DNA of 64,000 bases, taken from NCBI GenBank assembly GCA_013239625.1, contig MU054391.1, positions 7,907,095 through 7,971,094 on the forward strand, given 5' to 3'. This stretch comes from Lama guanicoe (lineage: Eukaryota). Below the pieces are notes generated by a model. The model did not search any database. It had not been told where the DNA came from and was given only the letters and a program-made list of their open reading frames with translations. The position numbers were made by a program, and so were the translations under genes. Positions 37,955 through 51,289 of the stretch are shown in pieces (the first letter of the stretch is position 1; each line of letters begins with the position of its first letter).

Positions 37955-38830
37955 CAGTGGTATGCTTGTAAACGTGTAACACCTAGGTCTCTAAAAACTG
38001 TATGTGTCTAATTTTGTTGATATGAATTATATTGTACACAATTTATAAAAAAATAAAATACACAGCACTTACTGTAAATTCCATACAGGCAATTGCTTCT
38101 CGCAGAACCCTTTTGTTGACTTTCGCTGAACTTTTGTATCCACAGACAAAATGTGGTTTTTGACAGACAAGTATAGTTCCAACTATGAATGCTGGTTGAT
38201 ATTTTAATTTATCTTAACAAGTAAATCAAAGTGAAACAACAAAGAAGCATATCTGAACTTCACTCCTTTGTCAGCGATGTGGGCAACTTCTTTGCTGAAT
38301 TGGGTAATTGTTTTCAAATGCTGGGAGAATATTTACTCAATACTCATGTTTACTCACAGTGTTTCAGCCATAGGTATTATACTTGCCTAAATTTAATCTG
38401 CGTTAACTTTTTCTCCATAATTTCTGAAGTCTAAATACACCACAGAACAATAAATCAAAACGTGTATTATAGTAGCTGCCAAATTCCATGGTGTGAATAC
38501 ACATTCCAGGGCTGATCTCAGTCTAGCAATGCGACATCATGAACGTTGAGCTGGGAAGAGATTTTCCCAATAGCACAGCATCATACAGTATTTCCAATGT
38601 ACAGTTACAACAGACGTAAATAACTCAAGAGCACAGATAATGGTAACATGTAGTAAATTAATCAGGAAGTGATGAATTTTGTGTATCCATTATCTCTGTT
38701 ATTAATGTAATTTTATTGTAAATTCATATAATTTAACATTTAAAAACGACTATAGTTAACAATCAACTTGCAAAATTCTTGAACATTGAACAATTGCAAA
38801 ATGGCCTAAACCAGCCCCAGAACACCACTG
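37955..38830 (-). mobile_element. MER63-like hAT-Blackjack DNA transposon with both TIRs
   Basis: TIRs cagtggtatgcttg ... ccagaacaccactg; degenerate 8-bp TSD aatttgga/aatatgtg; internal ttaatcaggaagtgatgaattttg. Confidence 0.8.
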
Positions 38831-39659
38831 AATATGTGGTTGAGGGGAAAATATAATTGATAATTTAAGATATTTCAAAGCATTGATTTCAAACTCGACC
38901 CTCTTTTCTAACTCCAGTTTTTTGTTTCAACGAAACTAAGACTTTCTAAACAAGGATTCTGTCACAGAGATTAAGGGTACCTTACTCCTCACCCAAGTTT
39001 GCTAAAAACCCTGGATTACTTAAAATGGACAAATATGGAAATGCAAATATTATGCAAATACAAAAACTCAGGGCTCTGCAGATGAGAGAAAAGAAATAAG
39101 TATGAATATTGAGGAATTCATTCAAGCAAACTCCCAATGTATATTTTCCTTATTCAAACTAACGATTTCCTGACTGCTTCATCAGACTGCACAAGTTAAT
39201 TTGACTCAGAGAAGAAATTCTATTAGGATCAATGAGTTTAGGACATGCATAAAGCTTTTTTGTTTGTTTGTTTTTAATTATTCCCATTGCTACACTTTAA
39301 AATTGTGTCTAGATATATTTTTTACTCTTTTATACATGTTATTACAAATATTTGTTTTTTAAATCTGATGTATATTCAGCCTTAGTAATTAAACAAACAA
39401 AAAAAGAGGATGCTAAAATTTAAAAAGCATACAAGAAGTATTAGAAATTTCACTAAATTTAATTCAACATGAATCCTATACATTTGATTTTTTTTTTTTA
39501 ATCTCTACCTAGGGAAGTATTGAGGCTACTGAAAGAGGTAGATACTTACCAAAAAATGACCAATCTCCAATATACTGTTCAGAGTATTTGCCCCAATCAT
39601 GAAGTTCTTCTTTATTTTTTTCTTTAAAAAATTTACCATTCCATATATATTAAAAGGAT

Positions 39660-40660
39660 AAAAAAATTATGAAAAACTTTATCCCAAGAACTTCAACAAA
39701 TTGGATGAAATGGACAAATTCCTAAAAACACACAAATTACCAGAAGTATTGAAGAAGACATGGATAACTTGAATAGCCTTAGATTTACTGGAAGAATTAA
39801 TTTATAGTGAAAAATATTCCCATAAAATTCTCTCCAGCTCCATACAGTTTCACTATATGGTGAATTCTACCAAACTTTTAAGAAAAAAATTAATAGTAAT
39901 TCTATCAAAAGTTTTCAGAAAATTGAAGAAAAAAGAATGATTTCCAACTCATTCTAAGAGGCTAACATTACTCTGATACCAAAACCAGGTCAAGACACTA
40001 CAAGGGAAGACTACAATAGAACAATAAACACTGACCCAGAATTCCTAACAAAATTTTAGCTAATTCAACACAGCACATTTGGCATAGACCAGAAAGGCCA
40101 GGTCACTCTAACACTTAAAAAGCAATGTAACTTACTGGCTTAGTCAGTTTGGGCTGCTATAACAAAAACGCCACAGACTGGATGGCTTGAACAACAGAAA
40201 TTCACTTCTCACAGTTCTGGGCTCTGGAATGTCTAAGATCAAGGTGCCAGCAGACGCAGTGTCTGTTGAGAGCCCTCTTCCTGGTTTGCAGACCTCCTCC
40301 TTGTATCCTCAGCGATGTATCCTCAACACGTGTCATCATCTCTTCACAGTGGAGAACAGAGAGGGAGGAAGCAAGCTCTCTGAGGTCTCTGCCGTAAGGG
40401 CGCCAATCCCACCCATGAGGGCTCCACCCTCGTGATCTAATTACTTCCTAAAGGCCCTACCTCCGAACAACATCACCCTGAGAATTAGGATTTCAACCCA
40501 TGAATTTTAGGGACACACACATTCAGTCCATTATTAACAGACCACACCTTATTAACAGACCTAAAAAATAAAATTCATAGCTCAGTAGATACAGAAGAGA
40601 CATTTGACAAAATCCAACATCCATTCCCAATAAAAACTTAACAAAGTTGTAAAAATAAAT
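39660..40660 (+). mobile_element. Old L1 ORF2 fragment, interrupted by MLT1A
   Basis: ggatgaaatggacaaattccta, ggtgaattctaccaaactttta, attactctgataccaaaacca, gcatttgacaaaatccaacatccatt-like segments (GEFYQTF, ITLIPKP, FDKIQHP). Confidence 0.85.
40136..40539 (-). mobile_element. MLT1A-like MaLR solo LTR
   Basis: ttagtcagtttgggctgctataacaaa...ctcacagttctgg...aagatcaaggtgccagcaga...tgaattttagggacac..attcagtccat. Confidence 0.9.
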
Positions 40661-41653
40661 AATTAAGACCCAACACAAATTTGATCTCCAAGGAGCTCTT
40701 CCACACCTATGGGAAGAAAATTTTATCTCTTGCCTTTGAATTTGTCTTTCTACTTTTCATTCCTCACTTGTATGTCGAGTTGTGGGTTCTACACATAATT
40801 TCAATTATTCTACTTGGCAAAGAGTACTGTGCGGGGATTTAGGCAGTCAGGCTCTGTCCTATACCATAAATGCAGCCTGAATTGGTCACTCTGTTCCTCT
40901 GACCCCATTCCTCCATTTGTGAAATGGAAGTTTGAATGTGATCCATTTGAACAAATTCGTGTACAGCTGTATTTTTTATTGCAAAGCACGGTGTTTGCAG
41001 ACTGCCAGTGTGTTGCTGGCTTCTAAAAGGCCTCTGCTTCCTCTTTTTTGCAGCCCTAAGTGCAGGCTTAGCCCAGAAGAACTGGACTCAGCAGTGTCTG
41101 CAGTCGAGCTGATGACGCTGCGGGGACACGTTCCACCGCTGGGCAGAGAGTGGAAGGAAACTCAGCGCTGTCTGTAATCACCACCATCAACAGAGACCTT
41201 CCAGGATCCGAGCAGTTGAAGCCCTCTGGGCCTTGGCACAATTTGTAGCCCAGATTAATTAGTTAATGTTCACAGAGCTCTTTGATGTTGGAAACGCTGT
41301 GGGGGTGCAAAGCCCATTAATGAAGATCATTATATAAATTTGAGCTCCAAATTCAGCAATTGTAATTGGACAGAGCGACCCATTTGCAGATTCCCAGCAG
41401 GGCAGTGCTGGAAAGCCCAGTAGAAGTTTTGAAGAGCAGCTTTGCCCAGGGGTTCTGAGGCATAAGGGGCGAGGAAGTAGGTGGGCGAGGCTGTCCCCAG
41501 GAATGCTCCCTTTCTGCAAGTTGGGTCATTCAATGTGCAGTGAGCAAATGCTGAGAGCTCGCTGAGTGGGAAGCCCTATTCCAGTCCACACCTAGTGGAG
41601 CTCAAAGCCCTTCTGCTTCCACGATGCCACAAGGCGTGGGGGTAACATGGTGG

Positions 41654-41985
41654 TGGGTCCAAACCCCGGCTCTGGTGCTTTACTGAGTGTGGCTCTGGGA
41701 AAGTTATGTCACCAGCATGAGCCCCAGGATCATCATGTTTAGAGCAAGTAAAGATTGAAGGTAATGATACCAGCTTTTCAGTTACGTCTGTAAAATATCT
41801 AGTAAGAAACTAACACAGCTTAGGTGCTCAGCAAATGGTAGCTCTTGTTATTTTGTCACCAAATGATGTCCACGGGATACCAGAAAGCCCGTACTTGAAC
41901 AGTTACACCCACTGATGTGGATTTGAGGCGCATTGGTTAGTTATACGATTTTTTAGGATAGTCTCTCCTTTTGCTTCTGGGGAAT
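41654..41985 (+). repeat. Local dispersed duplication, copy B
   Basis: Direct-orientation paralog of 33633-33965. Confidence 0.95.
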
Positions 41986-43046
41986 TCCCAACCCCCCCCA
42001 CCCCACCCCCCGTCTTTATTAGAGGGAGGAAAGGCATTTTGGGTAATGTGTTCCTTTACTGGCTGAAGTTCTCAGGGCCTCAATGGCTCATTGTTGGTGA
42101 CCTAGCTAGTCGGTGGAATGTCCACGGAATATCTCATTTTGGAAGAAACTTGATGTCCCTAAGTGCTGTGAACACATCAGTGCCATCAAAGTGCTGCTAG
42201 ACGCTGGCACAGCCGCTGGCCTCAGGCTAGGCAGTTAAAGGCCCACACTGTAAAGGCCCCCACTGGGTCTCTTCTTGGTGCCAGAAGAGCATGGCTGGGA
42301 CACCCTTCATCAGGTTGTGCCTAAATGACTTTGCAAGCAGTAAGGTGAAGCTGGGGACTGTGTGCCCCTCCACCCATGTTCCTCAAGACCCTCTCCCTCG
42401 GTGGTCTGACTGGAGCCCCACCACCCTACGTGGCCAAGCTCCACTTTGAGAAAGTTTGGGATTGAATCCTCACCCTTTGAAGATGCAAAGGGCGTGAGTC
42501 TTTCATAATCATCATGATTCATAAGCCAACTTCAGAGACCAGGTCCTCTTTAATACCCATTAGCCCTTCAACAGACTGAGTTGGGCCAATAGATAATCTG
42601 CAAATTGAAGGACTCAGTAAGGTGGCACTCTATAGGCAGGGTACTGAATACATTATTTTTTCAAGAGAGGTTGATTCTGTTTGATTTTTCAATTTTATTG
42701 TACACAGCAGACTATCTTTTTAGTTCTCTCCACCCTCAGGGCTCAAGAGAGTCTCTGGTCAGCCCTCCCTCCACTGTTCTGCCCTCACCCTCTGCTGGGG
42801 GCCTTGAACCTTACACTGCCCGGTTGCCATGGTCCCAGGCAAGACACTTCATTCTGTGGACCTTCACTCTGTGCTTTTGAACCTGGCCTCACCCTCATCT
42901 GGAGCCAATGGCAACGGGACCTACAAACCATTCACCGTGATTTCTTGGTCCCACCAACTTCACCCAGCCCCTTCACTCACCCAAGGATGCTCTGATGTTT
43001 ATTTCCCTACCTCCTGGCCTTCTTGGCTTTGCTGTACAGTGTGGTC

Positions 43047-43506
43047 TCTCATGGGCTGAACAGTGTTCCCCAAAAAGGATGTGTTGAAGTCTTAACTCCC
43101 AATACCTCAGAATGTGACTTGACTTGGAAATGAGGTGGTTGCTGATGTAATGAGCTAACATTAAGCCACACTGGCGTAGGACGGGCTCCTTGTCTAATAC
43201 TATCTAATAAAGGACTGGTGTTCTTATCAGAAAACATACGTGTGGAGATACAGAGACACAGGAAAAACGCCTCATGAAGGTGGAAGATTGGCGTGAGGCA
43301 TCTACAGGCCAAGGATTGCCAAAGATTTCCAGAAAACCCCGACAACCTAGGAAGAGGCAAGAAAGTGCTTCCCTATGGGCTCCAGAGAGAGCGTGGCACC
43401 CTGATTTCAGACGTCCAGCCTCAGGAATTGTAAGACAATGCATTTACGTTGTTTCACGCACCCAGTTTGTGATGCTTTGTTACAGCAGCCGTGGCATACA
43501 GACACA
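43047..43506 (+). mobile_element. MLT1C-like MaLR solo LTR
   Basis: atgggctgaacagtgttccccaaaa...cctcagaatgtgact...caggccaaggattgcc...cccagtttgtgatgctttgttacagcagcc. Confidence 0.88.
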
Positions 43507-44479
43507 CAGGGCTGTGCAAGAAATGCTCTTTTCTAAGGCTGGGGCAGAGGCGGGAACGCTGCTGGCAACCAAGTCTAAAGATCAGGTAGCATTTACAACT
43601 TTCCATCTTTATCGAGGTGCACCCGCAACACTGTGTCTTGGCTCAGGTCTTAACGGTTTACTATATTGACAGAAAAATCTGCTTCTGATGAGCCAACATC
43701 TAGAGTGCTTGACAGTATCAGGGCAAACACGGACAGCTGTTCGCAAGACTGCAGAGTACAGGACACGCCGGAGCGTTCTTTAAGGATCCTAGCTGAGGGA
43801 CTCGCAGAGAAGCAAGCATCCCGGGCAGAGGTGATCTGGGCACGAAACAGGCAGAGAAGGAGAGTCACTCACAGCCGTGTAGTGTAGCCTGGAGTTGCCA
43901 GGAAGAGCTCTCCAAAAGAATTAAGAAGCCAAATACGGACAGATGAGGAGATTTTGGAGAGCTACCAACGAGGGTGGAGAATATTCCAGGCATGGGGACC
44001 ACATGAATATAAGCATGGAGGTAGAAACAGAATGGCAGATGTGGCTGTGGTTAGAGAGATGGGTCGTAGGGAGTAGGCGAAAACAGCGTGTTGAAGATTA
44101 AGACGTGTCCTCTATCCCTAGCCTGGCTATTAAATCATAAGTCTTCCTTCCTCCTTCTCTCCCTCCCTCCCTCTCCCCCTTCCTCCCTTCCTTCCTCTCC
44201 CTCTTCTGGTTTCACTCAACTTCCTGCTCTTTTTCTTTTCTTCCTTCAACATCCAACACAAATGCACTGATGGCCTGCGCACCGAGCCCTCCTCCGATGG
44301 GCTCTGGGCTGTTACGGTCTCAGAGGAACGTACAGAGTCGCACACAATGACCGCCCACTGTGCTGAGTGCTGTGATCGATGCCCTGGGGACACAAAAATC
44401 AAAATGCATATAGCGAGGCCATGCTTGACCGACACGCAGGATACTAGTATTTATTGACAAGCAAATGTGGTCCAAGGGA

Positions 44480-44680
44480 TCTTTTTGTACCCAGAATCTC
44501 ATTTAATGCTTGCAATAACCTGATGAAGTTGTCACTGGCGTGCCTAATTTTAAGATGAAGAGACTGAGGCTTAGAAAAGTGAGTGACCTTCTCTAATCAC
44601 ACAGCTGACAGGTGGCAGTCAGAGGGCTGGATCTCCATTTTCCTAAACCCTCACTTGTGTTCTCTGTGTTTCATAATACT
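44480..44680 (-). mobile_element. MIR SINE
   Basis: ttttaagatgaagagactgaggcttagaaaagtgagtgacctt..aatcacacagct. Confidence 0.8.
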
Positions 44681-45224
44681 GTGCATATATGCTGAAGGTG
44701 GAAAAATGATTTGTTTGCCTGAATTTTTCTTACTGTTTTCGGTTGCTATGTGGAGTTCCACCGCACGACACTTGTCGGCAATCAGGGCTTGGGATTACAT
44801 AGATCTCTGGAGCTCTGTCCCTCCTTCTTTCCACAGAAAGAACGTGTTGCCCTAGGGACAGACATCTCTGGGAGGACAGTGACAGACAGGAGTGCCTCTG
44901 CTGACAGAAGGGGACACACCAGCTAAGAGTGAGGGTGGCCAGCTGAAAATACACACTCATCTAATCTCCTGGCTGTTCCAGATGAATCCCTGGAATGTGG
45001 GAGGCTAGCATGTCAGATAGGCAATTATTGGCCGGACACAGGATTGCATAATACAGGGATGACTCGGCCTTCCTGCTTCGACTCACATGTGGGGAGCTTG
45101 CCAAAGAGGGTTTATCTTCCCAAGAGAAACATGCCAATTTGGGGAGGATGTGAAGTAACTGTGATTATGGGAAAAAGATATGCTTAATGTGAAAACAGTC
45201 AAGGTCTCTTTTAGCTTGTGCTCT

Positions 45225-45400
45225 GGGTTTCTTTCTGTCGTTCGTTCTTTCTGTCTGTCTTTCTTTCTCATTCTCTTTTCTCCCTTTCTGTCTCTGTTTT
45301 TCTGTCGCTTTGTCTTTCTGATTTTTTTTTTTTGTCCCTCTAGTCCTTTTTGTTTTGTTTTGTTTTTATTTACACTTTCGTCCTTGTTTTCCGTTCCAAT
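45225..45400 (+). repeat. CT/T-rich low-complexity tract
   Basis: Read directly; explains the K/R/E-rich part of ORF 45083..45586. Confidence 0.85.
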
Positions 45401-47334
45401 CTTCTGACCGACTTGGTGTTTGAGGAAAAGGGTCTCAGTCCATTTCCCATAAAAGAAGATGCTGATAAAAAGTCTCAGTGGGGGTCTTGCGTGGAGGGGA
45501 TCTTGTAGACGACAGACTAAGTGGAAAGGACTCTCCTCTTTAACACACAACAAGCTGGTAGATCTTTTTGAGAAACAACCAACCAAACGACTGTGTACCT
45601 ACTTTTCCTCCGCAAAGACCCACATCACATCCTGACAACTGCACTTCCCACAACAGCTCACAAGGGAAAGCAGGCCTTCTGTTCGGTCTCCTTTGAGATG
45701 CTACTGGCTCTGAACTTCTCGGAGTGGCCAGCAAAATGCTTTCAGAGAGAAAAGTGATTCATTTAAACAAAACAGAAGAATAGAAAGCGCTCTTATAGAT
45801 TTTTTTTAACATTTTTTAAATAAATAAAAAATAAACACACATTTTAAAAGAGAAAGGCGAAATCCAGAGTGGTAAGGTCACCAGTCCCCACTGACACAGC
45901 TGCCCATGAAAATGGCTGGCAACCGACACCAACAGCCCCAACTCCTGGTCTAATTTTCCACTAATCCATTGTACTTCCTCTCTTCCTGTTAAATAAGAAC
46001 TTTTTCTGTGGATATAAAAAATGTAATGGGGCAGCTGAAAAATTACGGGGTCACCAAACATAAATGTGTACAGAACCTGACAGCATTTATATTTATAGAA
46101 AGCCCTTCAATAAGTATTTATTATTTTCCAAGATGACCTTGCACCATAAGAAAAGTTACGTTATTTAAGAAGACAGCAGAATATGCAACGGCACTTAGAG
46201 GCTGGTTTAAATTGAATTAAAATTCTCATGAAAACCTTTTTCGGGAGCTTAACGAGGTCAGCATTAATTATCTAGAAGATATGTCTAGTTCACTCAAAAA
46301 ATTCACACGGAGCGATGACCCGCTAGCTGAGTATATGCAACACGCCAGGCTCAACGGTAGGCATTTGGAGGAAATTAACTCACATCTCACAAATTTTTAT
46401 GAAGCCTTATGGTCTTATTTTTAAAATGACAGCCACGTTCAGAGAGGTTAATCACCTGGCTCTAAGTGCTGTGTTAGTGAGTCGATAGGTCAGGGTTGAA
46501 ATTCTGGTCTGTCTGCCTCCTACTCCTTTTTCCTGTTTCCTATACTCTCTGCACTGTGTGCCAGGAACTCTCCCAGGTACAGATGAAAGCAAGACCTTTT
46601 CCTCATTTTGGTAATAAAACTCTTTCTCCCGTGCCTTCTATAAAGCTGTGCATTAGAGAAATGCAGGGTGGTTTTTATATCATCACAGCGTAATTAACCT
46701 AGATGCTAGGATTCCTATTAAGATGTTAAAACTACTCTGTTCAAATTCCAGAGTTTTCCTTCCAGAAAACATACCTCCCATGAAAACTATCAAATAAAGG
46801 CTTAAAACAGAGACACAGTATTTTAAAAGATATAATAAAATGTGACAGCATGCTGCTTGAATATGGTTAGCGCTGAACACTTGCAGTAAGACTTCTGTTT
46901 TGTCAATGTGTTCTTATAACATCACACCAGCGCATAGATGTCCTGGAAATTCTATGATGGTTGCTCACACCTGATTGTGCTTTTTAATTTTATCAGTAAA
47001 ATGTCTACATGATAAACACTGTCAACCCCTACGTGGCCCCAGATTCTTCCAGCTGGAACCATTCTTTTTTGTACTGAGATCCTCAGCCAATTCTGAGCTA
47101 CAACAGAAAAGGTTTTAGAAGTCCAACTCTGGGGGTGAGGGTGGGAGTTTGTGCAAATGAAACAGGCTGATTTTGTCTGTGCTGTTTCTGTACCCAGGAT
47201 GCACCTTGGCATCAGGCAGCTTCAACGACACATGTCACCACCACCATCACCGTCCACCTTCCTCCTCTTCTTCCTCTTCCCGCTTCTATCACTTTGTCAC
47301 CAATATCTCCATCCCCAACATCACCAGGACCAAT

Positions 47335-47500
47335 CTTTAAACCAACCCTATGAGACAGAAAGAATGATCTTTCCCGATGAGAAAACTGTGACTTAAGAGG
47401 GTTTCAATTACTTGCCCGAGATCACCAGGCTCATAAATGATAAGGACAAAATTCCAACCTGGGCCTGCCTACCTGCCAAGTCCCAAGCCTTAATCATTAC
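47335..47500 (-). mobile_element. MIR SINE
   Basis: caaccctatgagacag...gatgagaaaactgtgacttaagagg...ttacttgcccgagatcac. Confidence 0.8.
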
Positions 47501-50500
47501 CTAAACACTAGATTTTTTTTTAACCCTCCAGGCCCCACCAGCCTCTTGCCATGGCCTGCGTTCTAGATATGGCCCGTCTCACCATCAACCCCTCCACCCA
47601 CCTAGCACTCACATCTTTCTAACCACATCTTTGGTTACCTGGGCACTGGACTTCCCCCACAGACCCCTGGGGCTGCCTGTCGTGGCCCTCTCAGGCTCCT
47701 CGCTCCTCATCCTACTCCATTTGGGGTTTCTAATCCTTCCTTCCCTCTCCTTAGCACCCACTTGTAGCTGAGGTCCCAGAATAACCTGTGCCCCAACATC
47801 TCGAGTTAAAAAAGCCTCAGGAGTCATTCTCTATATTAAGACAATGCTAGCCGTGCCTTCTGAAATACACTTCTTGCCTCATAACAAGAAGGTTTGTGGT
47901 ACCTTCTTGAGTCGATCTCCCTGCCACTGGCACATTAGAGAGCTCATCCACTAAAGGCGGACTTACCCATGCGCCCTGGACGGCACCTGCAGGTAAGCCA
48001 CGGAGCCCAGGACAGACAGACCGTCCCTTCTCTGGTTCCTGGTGTGCTTTCCTTCCGAACTCTGTCCCACCTGATTCCGTGATCTGATTTACAGCCGCTA
48101 GTGATCCCTCTGGACTCCAATCCTGCACTTGGAGATGGGCCGAGCCGTCTCTCCCTCTCGCTCTGTGCCTCGCGTAGCGCTGGGAAAGAACTCTGTGCCC
48201 TGCAACTGCTCATTTTGTTGCTCAGATGGCCTGCTTTGCCCCAGCCCAGTCTCTTTCTGGAGAGGGGTATTCAGACGGTTCATTTTTTGATGACAGAAAA
48301 AATAGAAAATTTCTTATTTCTGCCACCAACTAGCAAACACCTCTTGGACCCTCTCACCCTTGAATCAAATACCTGAGGTTCCGGCAAACCACAGGTATCT
48401 GACTTCCCAAACCACCATAAATTAAAGCGATTGTACAAAAAGGAAAAAAGTTGAAAGAAATTGATGTGCCCAGATGAAGTTATGTGTATTTCCCAATCCC
48501 CTTTTTACTCTGTTGGTTTTCAAATAATACTTTCCACTTGTTTACTCCATATGGAGATGCTAAGAAAGATATAAAAACCGTCTGTGATGTTGCAGAAAAA
48601 GGCTGGCTCCGAAAGTCCCAGATCTCAAAGCTGATGACTGTCCAGGGAAGGCCCAGGGCTCTCTGAAACAGCAGAGAGCCGGCTGGGCAAGCAGGAGGCT
48701 GGTGCTGGCGTCTTCGCTCTGATACTGCCTGCCTTCCTGAGTTGTCCTGGGTTCTCTCAGCAGTCTTATTTACCAAATGCCTACAGGTCCTTTGCAGGAT
48801 TAGGATGTGAAGGAAAAGGTCGAATGCCGGGCTGTGGTCACAGCTCTCTGCTAGTGCAGACAGAGAGCGTGGGCAACAAACAGTCTTCTAGGCGGAGGCA
48901 GTGGGGGAAACCAGGTAGACACCTGTGAGCGCGGTTTCTGGGAACTCTCGCGAGACTGTGGAGAGGTGGGCCAAGGGGGGAGGGGGCTTGATGAACTAGC
49001 TCTTCTCTGGTTCCTCAGAAGCCAGCCCCCTGCAGGAGAGGTGAGTCACGTTCCTTCCCTTCCTTGCCATGTTACACCACTTCCGAGATGTTTACAGAGA
49101 CTTCAAGGAGTGAACCGAGTTATTAAAAGAGTAGCAATTAGGGTGGCCCATCCCAGCAATTTAAAGTTTCCTGTCTAAGGAAGCATGTTTGGCCGGGGGG
49201 GTGGGGTTTGGAGGGCTTGGTCAGGGAGAGGAGAGGGAGGATGCATTCTTGTCTACTGATTGGATCTCTCTCTCCATGATTTCCATTTCTGAATACAGAA
49301 ACAGGAGGGGGTGCAGAAAGCTTGCCTACAACCCCCACTCCCTGGAGGACCCAGATGGTCCAGTCGTTGGTTGGGTCCCTTCCTCCAAGAAGTGTCTTCC
49401 GCTTCCCTCTTTGGGGAAATCCTCGTTCAGCTTTTAAAGCCTTTTGGCATCTTTTGCCTGCCTTCAAAAACTGAGCTTGTTGGAAGCAGCCTGATAAATC
49501 ACTCTTCGCATCTTGGCTGCCGCGGGACTTACAGAGAGAGGTTGCCGCGTGATTTACAGCTGCTGTCTGAGAGGGCTTTTCCAAAGGGCCAGCTCAGACT
49601 AGCGAGTCATCTCTGGCAAGATGAGCCTTTTTGTCTAGTTCAAACTGATGCGAAAGAGAAGAAATAGGACTGCTTTATCCAAAACTTGCTGGCCATCCCT
49701 GCCTCCAGCCAGCTGGAATCTCCAACTTCGTTTCTTCCTTGCAACTTGAGCTCAAGAAGTAAGCGTCCAGGAAAGTGGTTTGTCATGAGAGGCCGGCTGG
49801 AGGCCTGCTGGAGAGAGGAGAGCTTTCTTTTTCTGAACTGAAGTTACACAATGCTGGGCAGGCCCTCTGATTTGTGGTCATGGTTTCCCAGAACCCCAAG
49901 GGGCCCATCCAGGAAACCGCCCATGTTCCCTCCCCTGAGTGTCTGCTGCCTCCCAGGGGGATTTCATTTCCTTGATTGTTTTCCACAGTTGCTGGCGGAA
50001 GTCAGGTGCCCAGGACCAGCGTGAACGTGGGCTGCTTCCAAGATGCTTCGCTTGGTCCCAGTGGCGGGGTGAGGTGGGGAGACCCTGAGCCTCGTGCAGA
50101 AACAGCTCTTCATTTTAGTTCTAGCTTATTCTTGTACGTCAAGTTAATTGACCTCTTCCAGCATGAATTCTTCATTTCCAAAATCAGTATAAGAACTTCT
50201 ATGAGAATTTTTTTTTGGATTAAACCTAAAATAGCTGGCATAAAGTAGGTAAATAAGTAAATCCAAGTTAAAAAATATATATATATGTGTATATATTTTA
50301 ATTTTTGTTGCTTGTTCTCTGTTTTTTGTTTTGTTTTGCTTTTTTTTCCCCCTGCTAACAGTTTTTCGGCCTACATTCCTATGGGAGCCCAAAAGGAATG
50401 CTTAAAAGACACGAGAGTTATAATTTAGTACAAGTTTGCTAAAAATAACTTTTGTTAAGAGGAGATTTGACGAGATACTTTTAGCTACACACAACTCATC

Positions 50501-51289
50501 CAGTTAGGGTTAATGGAGAGCTTTTTAGGAGTGTACTTTGCTGCAGGACACAGATCATGAAGATTGAGTGAGTTTTTATCACGTAGAGAGAATACAGGTT
50601 TTTATCTCTGGGGTGAAAAATCTCCCTGGGGACGTTTACCACTGTAAAGGAAATGACAGGCCATTTGAAAAAGTAGAAAAATGTGTTCATTTTTGCTTCC
50701 CAACAATGGAGTGTCTTCCTTCTGAGAAAACTAGGAACTCATTTTCTTCAGGAAATATGCTACATTTATTCTGAAAAAATAGACCTGCCTCCCTCTCTGC
50801 GTTTTCTTACAACCCCTTGTCCACGTGAATACGCCAAGAGCAAATGCCTAAAGGACAGTTTAATTAAGCAGAAATGTAAGTTGTTCCTTTTTTCATTCCT
50901 TTCCTTTCTTTCCTTTCTTCCCTGCTCCCATGGGCCTGTGATTCGGTTAAGAGCATGTACGAATGTGCCTGATCTCCTGCTCATATTTAAACCTCATCCC
51001 AGAGATCTGCCTGGGATGCTTAGGCCTCTTGGCTTTAGAAATTTTGCTTTTTGAAAAAGAGGGAAGAGGCAAAGCGAGTTATTGTTCTTGCATCCTTCTG
51101 TCTTCTCAGGCAACGCCAGCCTGAGATTCCTCCATCGTGCCTCTGTGCTCCACACCTGCGCACGCACACGCGCACACGCACACTCCTGGCTCACCTTCTG
51201 GGTAAGCGTGTGCCACCTGCTCTCCTCTTTCCTCTGGGAGTTCTCCTGCTGTAGTGTCTGTGTGTATCACCTGGGGATCTTGTCTGATC

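Noticed and set aside
42236..42265. 15-bp tandem pair taaaggccc(a/c)cactg, and similar micro-duplications (ttattaacagacc at 40531 and 40549; agagccactc x2 near 6938)
   Set aside because: Ordinary slippage duplications with only two units; no array or spacer structure, nothing CRISPR-like.
45083..45586. Longest ORF in the window (167 aa, K/R-rich)
   Set aside because: It stays open because it reads the antisense of a CT/T-rich simple repeat.
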